Shown: positions 22,916 to 36,480, numbered from the stretch's first letter. The stretch is DNA of 64,000 bases from Selaginella moellendorffii (GCF_000143415.4 NW_003314311.1:664181-728180); one strand, 5' to 3'. Numbers and translations are program-made. The notes: generated by a model not told the origin, from the letters alone.

Positions 22916-25900
22916 CTATGACGCTCTGGCACCCGATTGCTCTGCGTTTTGATCCGCTGGTGGTGGAACGCCAGTAGCACCCGACGCTGCTGCTCCATTG
23001 TCTGTGACTGGAATCGGCCCCCACTTACCGTCGGGTTCCAATGGTTCCACAACGAGAACTCCACCGTCACTTAGTCCCAGAGCGAATTGATACTTCTCGG
23101 TTGGATGAGCGGAGATTGCTAGAGGGTACACCGAAGTCCTGTCACGGAAAGAGAGATTATTGTCTTGGCTCACGGAAACAAAGAGAGGTGTAAAAGATTT
23201 TGTACCCGCTAGCTCCAGGAGGAAGATAAGTTGATGGTGCTAGACGGCACCTTGGCCGTAAACCATCCGTCTCAAACACTCCCACGGAGCCATCGATGAA
23301 AGCGGCATAAACGAGCTCGCTGTCGCATGAAAATGTAGCACTCGAAACGGAAGCAGGGAAGGGGTCCCGAAGATACCACTGGAAAGAAACAATGTCATGA
23401 ATAGCTTGTTCATGGATCAAAACATGAAAAAATAAATACTTGCCTGATGGATTGGTTCCAGCTTAGCAGCGTCGTATATTGCAAGCTGAGTCTCGTGCAC
23501 AATCAACAGCCGCGTCTGATCAACGTCGAACTGTACCCTCGTGTCACCAGTGGGAGTTGCATCTTTCCCAGGCGGCATTTGAATAAACTTGGACTTTCTT
23601 TTATCCCATGCATCGGTTCCCCAAACACAGAGCTGGAAAACAAGAGATTGTGAGAACAAATTTTATCTTTCCAGGGCAGTTGGTACCTGTCCGTCAGCCC
23701 CAGACGAAACAAGAATATTAAGATTATTGGAAAACGCAAGTCCCGTTATTCTCTTGGAATGCCCTTTTAGTTTGCTTTTCACCTGAAAGCGAGTGCAATG
23801 TTACAATGAAATGCTAATCAATAAACCATGACGCAAATCGGTTTTCCATACCTCATCGACACGAACGTTGTATATATGGATAGCCGAATCCTCCATACCG
23901 ATAGCAATAAAATTATTATCCTGAGGATGAAAAGCGAGGAATGTTGCTGCTGGCGGAGGCGGCATGAATTGTGTCATAATCTGTTTCGACAATGGTTTCA
24001 TCACTGGAGAAAAAGCAACAAATCGGCATACCTTAAACGTCATCATGTTGAAAAGCAGAACTTTTCCACCCGAGGCAGACATCACATACGAATCATTTTT
24101 AGACAAGGCGATGCACGGAACAGCTTCTTCTGGATCAGTTTCGCCCACATCATTTGTCATAAAGCCCGCACTCGGAGGTTGCCATAGCTGGGGAGCAAAA
24201 TTAGCAGTTGCCTGCATCAACAGATAAACGTTATTACTGCAACACTAGCAACAGTAATTTACCTTCCCAGCCACATTCCAGTCGTTCTTTTGCCATTTCC
24301 ACAATTTATGAATGGCGTTTGATCCAAGTGCAAGAAGTGCATTTCCGGCGTTAGTGTAAATTAGTCTCAACACCTGTCAATCCTTACTAGTTACCCAGTT
24401 TATGCAAAGACAAAAACGTACCTTGCTCGCAGCCATTTGATCCCCTAACCTTATTGACCGGCAATGGGCTTGCTCAGTTAAATCAGCTAGTTTCCAATTC
24501 TTTTTGTCAATTCCTTCGTCTGCACGCGGTTTTACTTCGACAGCACGACTATTTTCAGCGCCATTCTGTTAAAAACACGAGTTAACACATCGCAAACATC
24601 CAGACAGTTATGTACCGGTACTGCAGCCGGAACTCTATCTACAGCGACTACTGGAGCAGTTACTCCACTTACTGCTGCAAGCGTGTTAACCGCAGGCTGA
24701 AAAAAGAAAAGTTAGAACACAGTAAAGAAAGATGTCAGAAAGCCATACCTTCACCTCATTTACTTTCTCAATCCCCCTATTCAAAAGCCGTAAACCGTCG
24801 TTGTTAGCTAGAATTCTGATGGAGTTGTCTTGAGTGGTTACAGCCAGTAATGTTCCTTCTTTGTTAAACCGTAAACGAGGGCTTGGCTGTGGAGAAAGAA
24901 CAAGGAAGAATTTAGCTGATAGCAGAACGATCTATTGAAGAACTTACCGGAAGACCACTGTCGGCATCTATCGTCGTCAAAAGATTAATATTATCCATAT
25001 CCCATATTTTGATGGAGAAGTCGTCTCCAGCAGCCAAAAACCGATTCCGTGTAGTATCAAACTGAATCACATTGATGGAGCGTTTCCGAAAACCATTGTA
25101 GGTGTTTTTTATTGCACCTTCACTTTCATTCCACTCCACAAGAAAAGACTCACCATCCTTGCTTGTTCCACAAGAAAACAATCTGGAAAACAAAGGATGT
25201 GATGGAAATACCAAAGGTTGAAGCAAACCTTGTTCCATCCGCACTGTAAGCCATTGTTGTGCACCAGCGACCAGGAGCATCATAATCTACTCGAGAACCG
25301 AGATTATCGTAAAGCCAAGCTTTGATTTTACCATCAAGTGCGGTGGAAAATATAAACTGCAGAGCAATAACCATAAACCCATAATAAAGAAAACGGCAAT
25401 GGATACAGACCTGTATGCTTTCTTTATGATGTGGACATACAGAATACACTGCTGCCTCATGACCTTCAAATACATAAATCTTGCGAGCGGTCATGGCTTC
25501 CCAAACCTACACGTGAAAACCGATATAAGAATGCCGAACAAAAATCGATAGCAGAGGTAACCTTTATGGTCTTATCGTCTCCACAAGTAATAACACAGAG
25601 TTGCTTGTTGGGATGAGAAAATGCAAGGTCGTTGACTCCACCAACATGAGCATCGATCTGTGATTTACATGTTAATCCAAGCGCAAATGATTGAGTTTAC
25701 AGTCGGTACCTCGTGAAGTTGCCTAAGCTCAGATGTTCCATTGTACATATAAAGATGAATAATAAATTTGGAGAAAGCCACACCTACAAAGGAAGGCATG
25801 AGCATGTATATGAATAAAAACTGGGAAGTTACTTACCGATAAGAGCTCCATCTGGACTCCAAACCACCCTGTGAACAAGAACAGCTGGGTCCTTCACAAA

Positions 25901-27657
25901 TGCCGTCTGCAAAGGTGCTATGTCATGACACGGAAAAGAAAAAGAACCAAATTCTACCTGCATCGTAACAGAACATGCAGAAATATCCCACACTTTGAAA
26001 GTCCGATATGCCAATTTCTCTCGCGATGCTACCTCCCAGATGCTAATTTCGCCAATATTTGTACCCACTACAAGAAACAAGGGAAAACAAAACGTAAACA
26101 GAAAGACAAAATGCAAAATAACTCACCAAGCAATACGGTTTGATGCATTGGATGAAAGTCCATGCTAGTCACGGACGACGTCTGGTTTAAAGTTCTAGCA
26201 TGTGTCTTTGGAAGATCGTCCAAAGTAGCGTTGCGTTGATGACTTGCTCCAGCATAGTTCACCTGCACAGGAAACATAATTATCAAATAATGAGAAAAGA
26301 GACCTGGTGATCACACCTCGTCTGCCTGAGGACGCGGGCGTTTAAGAATGTGTTCCGAATCTGCCGACTGATAGTCAATGGTCGAATTTGCCGGTGGTGT
26401 TCTGGGACGCTTCAAAAGAGCAGCTGCAATTGATACAGAGATCAAAAAATATGATAACGGAATGTCCACTTACATACCTGGATTTGGCGGACCAGCTAGC
26501 GCCTGGCCAGGAGCTACTGCTGCGTGAGGGGCTGCGGAATTTGCATTTCCCATCCAACCGGCTAGCGCACTTGCAGGAGGACCAGCAGATGGTTGAAAAG
26601 GCTGAAAAGAAAAAGAAAAAACTTAATGAAATTCCCTTCTCAATGGAACACAAGCCTCTTACCCCGTGTGCTCCAAGTGGAGGGAAGGCCGCAGTTTTCT
26701 GCATCGCTCCAACTAAAGGATTGTTGGCAGGCGGAGGCGCACGCGCTCCGTTCGGAGGACCACAACTGTGATCGATAAATAAAGTTTTGATGTCGGGATT
26801 GGGCCGAGGATTTTTACATAATTGATGTTGCCAATTCAGACTGCAGCAGCACATTTAGAAGGGATAAATGAACCAAAAAAGTGCCAACCTCTGGTTGATA
26901 AGGGTGCGAAGCCGTGATGCCTTCAATGATGGAAATTGATGTTTTTCTCTAAATAGAGGATTCGCTTCGATGAGTTTTTTAAGTTCGATAAGCATTATAT
27001 TTCTTGCGGATTTCGTATCTCCATACTTCGACAGTTGGTCATTTTCTCTGTGAACCAGCGGGTTAGACAAGAGAAAAGTAGAGAGTACTGGCATTACGAA
27101 CCTAAAGTTGTCGAGAGTAAGAAGCTGTGTAATCTCTTTGTATAAGTCCTCATTGAACGACGCAAACACCTTGAGGTCCTTGACGAGAATCTCAACGGCT
27201 TTCGCTCTGTCTTGCCTGACGCCAGAGAGAGGTAACAAACCCGTTAGCTACCAGCGAAGAAACGAATCAATAGCAAACAAACTCCTTACTTGTCCAGTGC
27301 TTCCAAATACTTTTGCTTGCGAATTTCGAAAAAGATCTTCATTGAATAGCGATTGTCATCTACCTTGGTAAAGCCCGACAAGTAACGCTCCACTTCATCC
27401 CATTCCCCGTTCTGAACTTGGTCCTCGAAATACTTCATGTTGAAAAAAAATCCCGACTCTTGCTCTAGCCTGACCACCACAGCACGCAAATGATGTCAAC
27501 ACAAGTACGTGTACGAAATTTATCTCATTTTTTTCTTTCCTATTTATCTCTCCTTTTTTTTCTTTTTTTTTACTTACTTGTGAACAGTCTCCTTGAACTT
27601 CTCCTCGTCGAGGAACTGGAGGATGAGGAACACGAGCTCCCTACTGAGCGACGACAT
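22916..27657 (-). CDS. TPL: TOPLESS/TOPLESS-RELATED co-repressor, many short introns
   Basis: MSSLSRELVFLILQFLDEEKFKETVHKLEQESGFFFN (LisH/CTLH), SRLRTLINQSLNWQHQLCKNPRPNPDIK, WD40 exons, and C-terminal QFALGLSDGGVLVVEPLEPDGKWG. Confidence 0.97.
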
Positions 27658-29162
27658 ATCTTTTTGTATGTCACACACCACAGCCGCTATCAGAGCAAGA
27701 AAACCCCTTTCCTTCCCTTTCTTCCGCCGCCTCCCCTGTATCCCCTAATCCATGCTAAAATCTCACCCGGGAGCCGAGCACCGCCGCCTCATCGCGCCTT
27801 CATGCACTGCTCGGCAATGGCGGCGCCCTGGATCTAAGCCCCGAAAATCTCCGAATGCCAGCACCTAGCCCGAGGATCTGGCGCCGGCGATTGGAGACGC
27901 GCCGTGCGCTACCGCCGTGATGCGCCGCGCCCTGGAATGGGGAAAACCTAAGCGCGATTTCAACGCGAAGAAGGAGGACGAGCACAAAGACAAAGGCACT
28001 CTCAGACTGGCTGGAAGAGACCATATAAACGAAAGATAAAAAAAATTATACGTGGGAGCGCTTATCACACAAACACGAACTGGGCTGGCGGCAGAGAGGA
28101 GAGAGAAAAAAGACATAAAAGAAAAAAAACAAACATGGACAAAAATGTGTGGTTGCTCGAAAATTCCGCGGATTATAAAATTTTAGATGCAAATTCCAGG
28201 CTTTAAAATGGCTCTTTTCTTCTTAAATTTATTTCGGGGAGTTCCATTTTCAGCCATAAGGTAGCTGATATGTCAGTTGCCTTATCGGATGATAGGCTAT
28301 CATGAACTTAAACTGAAATTCCCACTAGAGGCTAATCTGGTACTAAGCATTCTCCAATCTGACAGTGACGACGAATAAGAAATCTCGGCCGTTGATGTCA
28401 CCAATCGCATCCGTCCATTCACTGACTTATCATTTGATAGCGTATCAGGTGATAAGCGATCTGTCGAAATAAAGACCCGATAACCGCCATCACTTATTGC
28501 TTGGGATACGTGAGGTGCTGGCAAGATGTGCAAGGAGTGGCCAGGGTGGTCAGTAATGCCCTGTGGCTCATTTCATCCTTGTGTGTACGGATGCCTTGAC
28601 TCTCACGGTGACTCTGACCCCTCGTCCTTTTGGGTCGCGGTTTAAAACACACTTCAATGGGTGGAGCACTTACATTTTTTAACCCCACCCACGATTTCTA
28701 CTTCCGAAAAGAAAATTACTTTTGGTATATCTTGTAAAATATTGTGTGGCTAGCGTACCTTAGGACAGGCAGTATTTTGGTGGTATGTGGGGGCACACGG
28801 AAAAGAATATCACCCTTACAAGTTATCTGAATGGACCATGTAGTTTGGATCTAACCAGGGTAAGAAACTTCCTTCAATATTATATGGTCTGCTTGTGCCC
28901 GTCTAAGACGCATGGACCCTATCTACATAGATGCAATGCATTAGACTCCCTTGTTAAAATATACGTATTGATCTAGAATGAGATTAACTTATTAGACAAC
29001 GGTCTACCATGATCTTGACAATTCCGCGGGAAAGCAGTAAAAGCTATCACGAAACCATGTTCTTCATAAATTTACAAGGGCATCTCTGACCAGCGTTAAA
29101 GAACATATAATTTTAAATGGTTTGACAAATTCTTCGAGCTCACACTCTTTACGCTCTCCTAG

Positions 29163-29592
29163 CGTACGGCACAAGTAAACAAATGTCGATCATTCATGAA
29201 CTCAAGGCTTTGGGCGATTCAATCCCAGCTCCGTACGCGAGCTCTATCGATTTTGATGCAAGAATCCGCGTCACGCATGCCTGGAAATATGTGTTGTGGC
29301 AATGCATGCATGCACCGCAAGAATCAAAATTAAAAAAAAAAAACAAAATTCTATACGGAAAAGCTCATATGAGTCATATGTCTATCTATAAATCAAGGTG
29401 GCTCCTCCTGGATCGTTGCAGATCACTCCAAGCATTTCTTACATCATGCCTTGATTTCAGCAATTTCTTCACGTACGACACAAGTAAAATATAGAGATCC
29501 TTCATGATCTCGCACAGTCAATCCACTTCCGTACGCGGGCACTATCGACTTTGATGTAAAAAATGCTCGCTGCCTGAAAAAAACGTGTTGTG
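29163..29592. repeat. Diverged direct duplication (about 130 bp) downstream of MCU
   Basis: 29163-29300 and 29472-29592 share CGTACG.CACAAGTAAA, TTCATGA, TCAATCC, TCCGTACGCG, CTATCGA.TTTGATG and GTGTTGTG in the same order. Confidence 0.7.
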
Positions 29593-29793
29593 ACGAGAAA
29601 CGCATTCACCCAAAACACAAAAACAAAAAGGAAAAATGGAAGAGAACCTTGTTCTTCATTGCCTTGCCTGGTTTTACCTGTACACACACACCCCCCAAAA
29701 CTTCTGGATACCACGGTGGTGGATCCGCATTACCACCGTCGAGGTTGGTTAGCTCCCAATGTGAGTACCTCGTTACTCGGCAGTAAGCTGTTC

Positions 29794-31258
29794 TTAGTCG
29801 TCCTCGTCGCGCTCAAAGTGTTTCGCCGGCTTGTTGACCTTACATGTCGTGATGCACTGCTTCTCCAGAGCTTTGTACTTCTGGTAGTCGAATCCCATTC
29901 GTCTCATGAGCCTTCGCCGCCGGCTGGCCAGCAGCGAGTGCATGAGCCCCTGGTAAGTTGGATCGCGGCGGCTGAACAGGAAGTAAGCGTAGCCCGCGAT
30001 GATAAAGCCCGTTGTCATGAAGAAGGCGATGGGTTCCATCACGTCCCAGGAGAGCTCCCAGAAAGTCAGGCGGACGAAGAGCCCGGTCCCGCCTGTGAGC
30101 GCCAGGAGCCCCACCCAGAGGAATTTTCTGACTTGCCTGTCCGCGATCTCGTCAATGGATTCCTTACGGTCGTGGAGCTCCTCGAATTCCTTCACGCGGG
30201 GATCGTCCTCACCGACCAGGCGGAGTGGAAGTGCGCGAGAGACGAGCTCAGCGATCTGTCACGAGGAAAAAGATAGAACGCGCGTCAGAAACGAATATAA
30301 GTTTGGCAGTCTTATCAAGCATGGTAAGCAAAGATCGATTTGAATTCTACTCACGACCCAAGACAAAGACTGACAACAACCAGCCAACCAACCAAGTCAG
30401 ATTTCGACCGAGAAAATCGCATGCTTTCAACAAGGGAAAGAAAAACTCAATCCAGGAACAGCCACAAAAGCCATGGCACAGAAAAATAGTTGTGGCCTGG
30501 TCTTAATCACGCACAGAAACAGAGTTCCGACACAAGCGACGACAAGCTTTCAATCCATCAAACAAGCTAGACTAGCGGAGCAAACAACGAAACAATCTTA
30601 GAAACAGAAAAGGATACTTAACTCGAGGAAACGAGTAAAGAAGCCTAGCAACGAAAACGATCAACTTTCAGAAACCAAAACTAGCGAGCAAACGACCTTG
30701 CAAAACAAACAAACCAAAGAAACAAACCTTCTTCTCAGCTCAATCAAAATTCAAAGAAACACACAGAAGGAAAGGCTCGATGAAAGAAAAACAAAATACC
30801 CAAGCACGCAAACTCGAAAGAAAACAAGGGCAAGGAAAGTAAAGTACCTCTTGCGCGTCTAGATAAACTTTGTTGCGAAAGAGAACGATCTCCCCAGCTT
30901 CATCCATGGCGAGGACGAGCTTCCTCGCTTCGTCGGAAGAATCAGCCAGTCCCATCTCCTTACACAAGCTCGCGAGCTCCGTGTAGTCCATGCAAGGGCA
31001 CTCCTTGGTGTGGAGCTGCTTCTTGAGAGCCTGGACGTTTACCTGGCGAATCAAGCGCTTGGCCTCCTGGACGGTCATACCCCCTTCTCCTCCAGATTTT
31101 TCCACCTCGTCGCAGAAGAATCGAGCTTGCCGGAGAAACCCCCACGAATCGACCGCATTCTTCCTCGAAATCACTCGCGGCGACGCTGGCGCGACGATTC
31201 TCCGCCAGTAGCCGCCGCCGCGCCTGCCTAGGGCTTGCGCTAGGGCTCGCGTCGCCAT
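29794..31258 (-). CDS. MCU: Mitochondrial calcium uniporter, 2 coding exons
   Basis: Arg-rich presequence; exons 31258-30848 and 30255-29794 join in frame; two TM helices flank the selectivity motif FWELSWDVMEP. Confidence 0.93.
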
Positions 31259-31523
31259 GGAGGAAATGCGCCTTCTCTTTCTCTCACGATCGCATTGGAG
31301 CACGCGCCATACTATGAGGAGAAAGGATTCGATCGAGAAAGCCCCGCGATCGCGATTGCGAGCTCTTGTCTAGCTCCCACGATGGATCAAACACGAAGAA
31401 GAGGGAAACAAGGCCGTACCTATGGCGCTGTTCGTACGCTCGTGGACGCTGCATTGGACGCGTCCTAGATTTTCAGCTGAATAGCCCAGCCCTAGAAATA
31501 CTTTTTGGGCGCCGCCAAGGGCT

Positions 31524-31533
31524 GCCACGTGGC
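31524..31533. promoter_or_regulatory. Perfect palindromic G-box GCCACGTGGC upstream of MCU
   Basis: Exact match about 270 bp upstream of the MCU ATG; function not demonstrated. Confidence 0.35.
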
Positions 31534-32056
31534 CATGACGGTGCACGCACGATCTTTGTCAACTTTCAAAATTTGCGAGTGCGTTTTGTGCTTTTACCCC
31601 ACGCGAAAAGAGAAATTCGTGGGAAAGTTAACCGTTGCTTATTATTGGTAAATTTTTTATTTATCATAGAAATTTTACTAATTCTATGTTACAGGTAGAA
31701 ATTTTCAACATTTTAAGCACACCTTGGGTACACGCTTTTGTTTCTTGGGGGCGTGGATCTTATCGAGGAGCTTGGCTTGGAATTCATCCAATATTGATTG
31801 ATAAGGTCCAAAAAGTTTGAGCTTTGAACAATAAGATAGAATCCAACACGAACTCTATCCCAACAAGACAAAGCTTGCTTGTTACACGTTTTTCGTGGCG
31901 AACACGATCATGGAACGATCATAGCAATGGATCTTTCTATACTATAATCATTTGGCTTTATACGAAATCAGCATGCTGAGTAAGATCGTTCTTTCTCATC
32001 TTCAAGTCCTTCACGTCAGGTATTCTGTGCTGGAATCCATCCTTCGACATGAGAAT

Positions 32057-33359
32057 CTATACGTCGAAGGTGTTAAAAGACTGTCAATATGAATTTAATC
32101 TTACTTTGGCTTCCCAAAACTCGTTCTCCTGAATCTTGGCTTCCGCAGCTAGCACTCGATCTAGAAAAGATAGACAAATCAGTATACTAGAAGGACGATC
32201 TCTATAATCTTGAGAAACTTACAAGTTAGACTTGGGAATTGGTGGTAAATCGGTGAGTCGCTTCGCAGAAGCCAAAGCCGGGCGTGCACAGCGCAATCTG
32301 ACACAGCTAGCAAATGCGAGAGGAACACTGATCTTGGAGGGCGAGTTATGAAGAGCGATCGAGCCAAAGAACTCCGAGACGAGGCCTCGAGGAGAGATTT
32401 GGCCTGGGCGACTGTCAAGGCGCCCCAGCTAAACCCAAAGTTGTCGAGCTCCACCGATCGCAAGCCCTGCCCAATGATTTCTTCGCACTGTGTTGCAGAT
32501 GGAGCGAAGCGTTGCGTAGCGTTGTAGAGTTCTGTGATCTTATCGCGCGTCATCCACAAGTGCTTGTGAGTGGCGATTTTTTGCTGGATTTTTGCGAAAA
32601 CGGCTGTCCAAGCTTGACCCTGTGATAGATTATGATGAGAATGTTTTAATTATCATAGGATCACAAATCTACTTACTTCGGGAAAGATGGAAAAATACGG
32701 TGAATGCACCACCTTTGTAAGTACGTCCCACCTTGATCAAAGAATGAATGTCAATACAATCCGGCTTTTGGATCTTTGAAGATTTCTTACAGCAAAGGGC
32801 GCTTGACTACCAGTATGACCTCCTCACTCTCCTCAACTGTGATAATTCTGATAATTCCAACATTGATAAATAAGTTTCATACTAGTTTACGTAAACTTAC
32901 TCTTCTTCATTCGCAGTGTCACCCCTTCTATTACTGCAAAACACGTTGTTAACAAACAAGGAAGAAGATTTCAAAGAAAATTTACTATAATTCTTCGAGG
33001 GCTGTGAAAGCAGGAGTCAAATCATCAAATCCATTAAGACTCTGCGAAGAGAGGTCTTGCCCAAAGTTGACGAGCTTTCTTAGTTCTTTGGAAGCTGCCA
33101 GTGGCTTCCCTTTGAGATGATTCGAGACGTAGAGAAGGGCCAAGAAATAGTAGAGGTGGGCATCCACAACGAGCGGGCAAAGATTATCCGATAGAATCAC
33201 GTTGCTGGCGCGGAACGAAGCCTCCGCGTCTAAAACGTCCTTGTTGGCGGCCACGAGAATTTCCTCGTCCACAAGCCCAAGCTCGTACTGCGACTTCACG
33301 TAGGAGAGAACTCTTTTTGATACCTCCATTTGTGAGACAAGGAAATTAGGGCAGGCCAT
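32057..33359 (-). CDS. Unrecognised multi-exon protein-coding gene
   Basis: ORFs 32985-33359 and 32179-32559 plus small exons bounded by GT-AG sites. The last exons join in phase (...FPSLT/YRVLAAEAK...WEAK/SFNTFDV*). Confidence 0.55.
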
Positions 33360-33389
33360 CTTTTATCGAAGGTTTAGGGTTCTTGGGCG

Positions 33390-34182
33390 ATGGCGAACGA
33401 GGAGGAGGACGCTAGCGAGCTCAAGCTTGGCGAGGGTATGTGAGCTTTCTAGTTCCTAAGAGTAGGATTAGGCCTAAATGGGAGAAGATGTCGCGGACAT
33501 TGAAGCGATCGGCGTTTCCTTTGTCTAGCGATTTGATTTTGGCTCTTGGATCGATTCTAAGTTTTTCTTTTGTAGATTTCTTGAAGGAGAAATGCCTGAT
33601 GAATGCCGAAGTGGCCAAAATCCTCCAGCACAAGTACGACACTGCGAATCAAATGAGCGACGATCCTTCCAGTCAGTTGTCCCAGTAAGTTTTGTGTTCT
33701 TCGTGCTCTTGGTTCTCTCCTCACCACGGGGACTTGGCAGAGTCTTCGAGAAGTCCTTCGCTTATGTCAAGCGCTTCAGCCGCTACAAGAATCCGGAGGC
33801 TGTCCAGCAAGTTCGAGAGTAAAAATCTAAACTTTTCTCTTTCCGGTTTTGGAAGAATCACACTGACTTTGCTTCGTTTTCCCCTCGTTCCAGAGTTTTA
33901 AGCAGGAACCAGCTCGCAGAGTTTGAGGTATTCCCTGGAAAGTTTTTTTCCCTGGTCTTGAATCTCATTTCTCTTGCTGCTCCAGGTTTGCGTTCTTGGG
34001 AATTTATGCCCAGAGACTGTCGAAGAAGCCACTGCTTTAGTCCCGTCCATAGCTGTAAGAAAAATGGATTTTTTTCTTTCTTCTGGTTTTATGTTTGATT
34101 GTTCCAGAAAAAAGGTCGCTTGGACGACGAAAGAATCGAACAGATGCTCGCGGATCTCGCAAGAATCAAAACATTCGAGTGA
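33390..34182 (+). CDS. NRPB4: RNA polymerase II subunit RPB4, 6 exons
   Basis: MANEEEDASELKLGE / CLMNAEVAKIL / VFEKSFAYVKRFSRYKNPEAVQQVRE / LGNLCPETVEEATALVPS; stop TGA at 34180-34182. Confidence 0.95.
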
Positions 34183-34262
34183 AATTAAACTTCTCTATGT
34201 GCTCGCAAATCAAAACATTCTCTGTGCAGTATATACGACTTCAAATTCCAGAGAAGGCAGCG

Positions 34263-34280
34263 TTTAGGGTTTAGGGTTTA
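34263..34280. promoter_or_regulatory. Tandem telo-box (TTTAGGG)2TTTA before NTF2
   Basis: Directly visible. Related AAACCCTA motifs also occur near 16824, 22628, 33373, 47433, 59082 and 61211, mostly near gene starts. Confidence 0.6.
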
Positions 34281-34299
34281 GCCCAGAGAGGCGAGCGCG

Positions 34300-34815
34300 A
34301 TGGATCCCAATCAGGTTGCCAAGGCGTTCGTGGATCACTACTATTCACTCTTCGACACGAATCGCCCGGCGCTGGCGGGTCTGTACCAGGATGGATCAAT
34401 GCTCACGTTTGAGGGCGAGAAGATCCAGGGCGCTGCTAGCATCTCCGCCAAGCTCAATGGATTGCCCTTCCAGCAATGCCAGCACCAAATCTCCACTGTG
34501 GATTTCCAGCCCTCGGGCGCCGGCAGTGGCATGCTCGTCTTTGTCAGCGGCAGCCTTAAGCTCCAAGGCGAAGATCATCCTCTCAAGTTTAGCCAGGTTC
34601 GTCTTGTCTTTTCTTTCTTTTAACGTTTCTTTGCCGGTTTTCTTCCTTCCATTTCTTCTTTTCTTGTCCTCTTTCCGTAGCGCTCTTTGATTTGAACTTT
34701 TGGACTGTTTTCTTATTTCTATTTTGATTTTTTATTGCAGTTGTTCCATCTCATCCCGACTCCACAAGGAAGCTTCTACGTTTTCAATGATATTTTCCGC
34801 CTGAACTACGGCTAA
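34300..34815 (+). CDS. NTF2: Nuclear transport factor 2
   Basis: MDPNQVAKAFVDHYYSLFDTNR...MLTFEG...LVFVSG; intron 34597-34740; last exon ends NDIFRLNYG*. Confidence 0.96.
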
Positions 34816-35451
34816 ATTGAGTTAGATCTTCTAGACTTTTCTGGTGTGAGCTCAAAGTTCCTGGTTTTATTTAAGGTGTTATTTTTAGAAACCTTTTTAA
34901 ATTATCATATACTGTAGCTAGATTATAGTTGTGCATTTTTTTCCTTAATATATTTGTGTTTTTAGATACATGTATGTATATATATGTATTACCTTAACTT
35001 TAACTAAGTAATACATTAATTATATGGACCATCTATTTAGAATTGAATTTGGTCCATTCATTCTTATATATAAATAAGGGTTTAAACCCCAATTAATATA
35101 TTTATTCTTATATCCCAATCACTCATATTGCCCAAACATTCATAATGTTTGTTTTTTGGAATATTTTGAATTTTTTCAGACTTTGGTATAGCTTATACAT
35201 CTCTGTAAATCTTTAGTTTATTATTCATGATTATAATTTGTTTAAAATTGGAAAATTGATAAAGTTTACTATAATATCTTTCAAAAATATAGAAATATAT
35301 TTGATATGGTTGGTTTTTAAAATTGTGGTTGAATTTAGGATAAGTAGTTTAAAATTTAGGATAAGTAGTTTTATTATAACACTATAAATTTTAAAGAATT
35401 TATTTACTTTTTTAATTTTCTAATCCATAATTATATTTAGTGATAATATAT

Positions 35452-35555
35452 TGTAAGCAACCGAAGAGAATGGTGAATAGTCTTGGGATACTTAAGGTTA
35501 AATGTCCTTTGGTTTAAGTAATATTGAGAATGATCTATGAGGAAAGAAGTTTACA
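35452..35555 (+). mobile_element. Decayed relic of the 5S-bearing (Cassandra-like) LTR
   Basis: GTCTTGGGATACTTAAGGTTAAATGTCCTTTGGTTTAAGTAATATTG aligns to the reverse complement of about 48590-48640. Confidence 0.65.
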
Positions 35556-36097
35556 CATTAAACTGTTTATTTTTATTTTTATTTATGAACAAATAAAATA
35601 TATAAAATATATACCTAATATTGGGAAAATAAATATACTCCACAATAAAAACTGTAACATGTTGCTATCCCACTTATCTATAACCAAAACATTTAGTAGA
35701 ATATGCTTAAAGAAATGAAAAAATGCTCGTTAAATATTAAGAATATCCTTCTCAGCCATTAATGTTTGCTAATATTTATAAATGAAATCCAACTTGGTGA
35801 GCTAATAGCTTTGCTTTAGACAATTTAGGAGATCTACAATATAAGGAAGTTGGATATACATATGGAATTGTTATATTGTTCAATGGATAATAATCAATAC
35901 ATAATCAAATACCTCTATTAGACTTTATTAGAAAATGAAGATCACAAGCCTAAGGATAAGTTAGCATAAATAACAATTTTCTCCAATATCTCTTTAATAT
36001 TGACTTGCAAAATCGCAATATTTTAATCTCCTAGTGACCAATGCTAAACATATATCTTTATCAAATGAGGTTATCTCTAATATGAATAGGAGGCGTC

Positions 36098-36480
36098 TGT
36101 AAACTCTTGAGTTTAGACTTTAAACCTTTAATTAATTGGAAAAAAAGAGTGCACTCTTATTTATGGGCTTTTTCTTTCTATATTGAAACTTTATAGATAA
36201 TCTTTGATTATTTATAATCCATTATGTTTAACTTTTGAAAGCCTCGCTCTATTGATGGATTGAGGCTAAATTGGAACCTTCTAGATGTGGTGTGATTCCT
36301 TTAGCAAATCAATAGAGTTGGGATTTAAAACTTTTTTAATACCAAATATAATTTAAGCTTTTTAAGAGGTTATCCAGCCTATATTACTCAAGTCTAAAGA
36401 CATTTAACCCCAAATATCCCAAAGTGCACCCTTTTTTAAAGGTCTTTATTTATGGGTTCTTTCCCTCTATATTTTAATTT
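36098..36480 (-). mobile_element. Decayed TRIM relic related to the element at 48152-48721
   Basis: TGTAAACTCTTGAGTTTAGACTT and ATTGGAAAAAAAGAGTGCACTCTT resemble 48552-48671. Internal TTCTAGAT..ATTCCTTTAG, a PBS remnant ATACCA near 36339 and a second LTR piece TTAACCCCAAATATCCCAA are also present. Confidence 0.6.
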
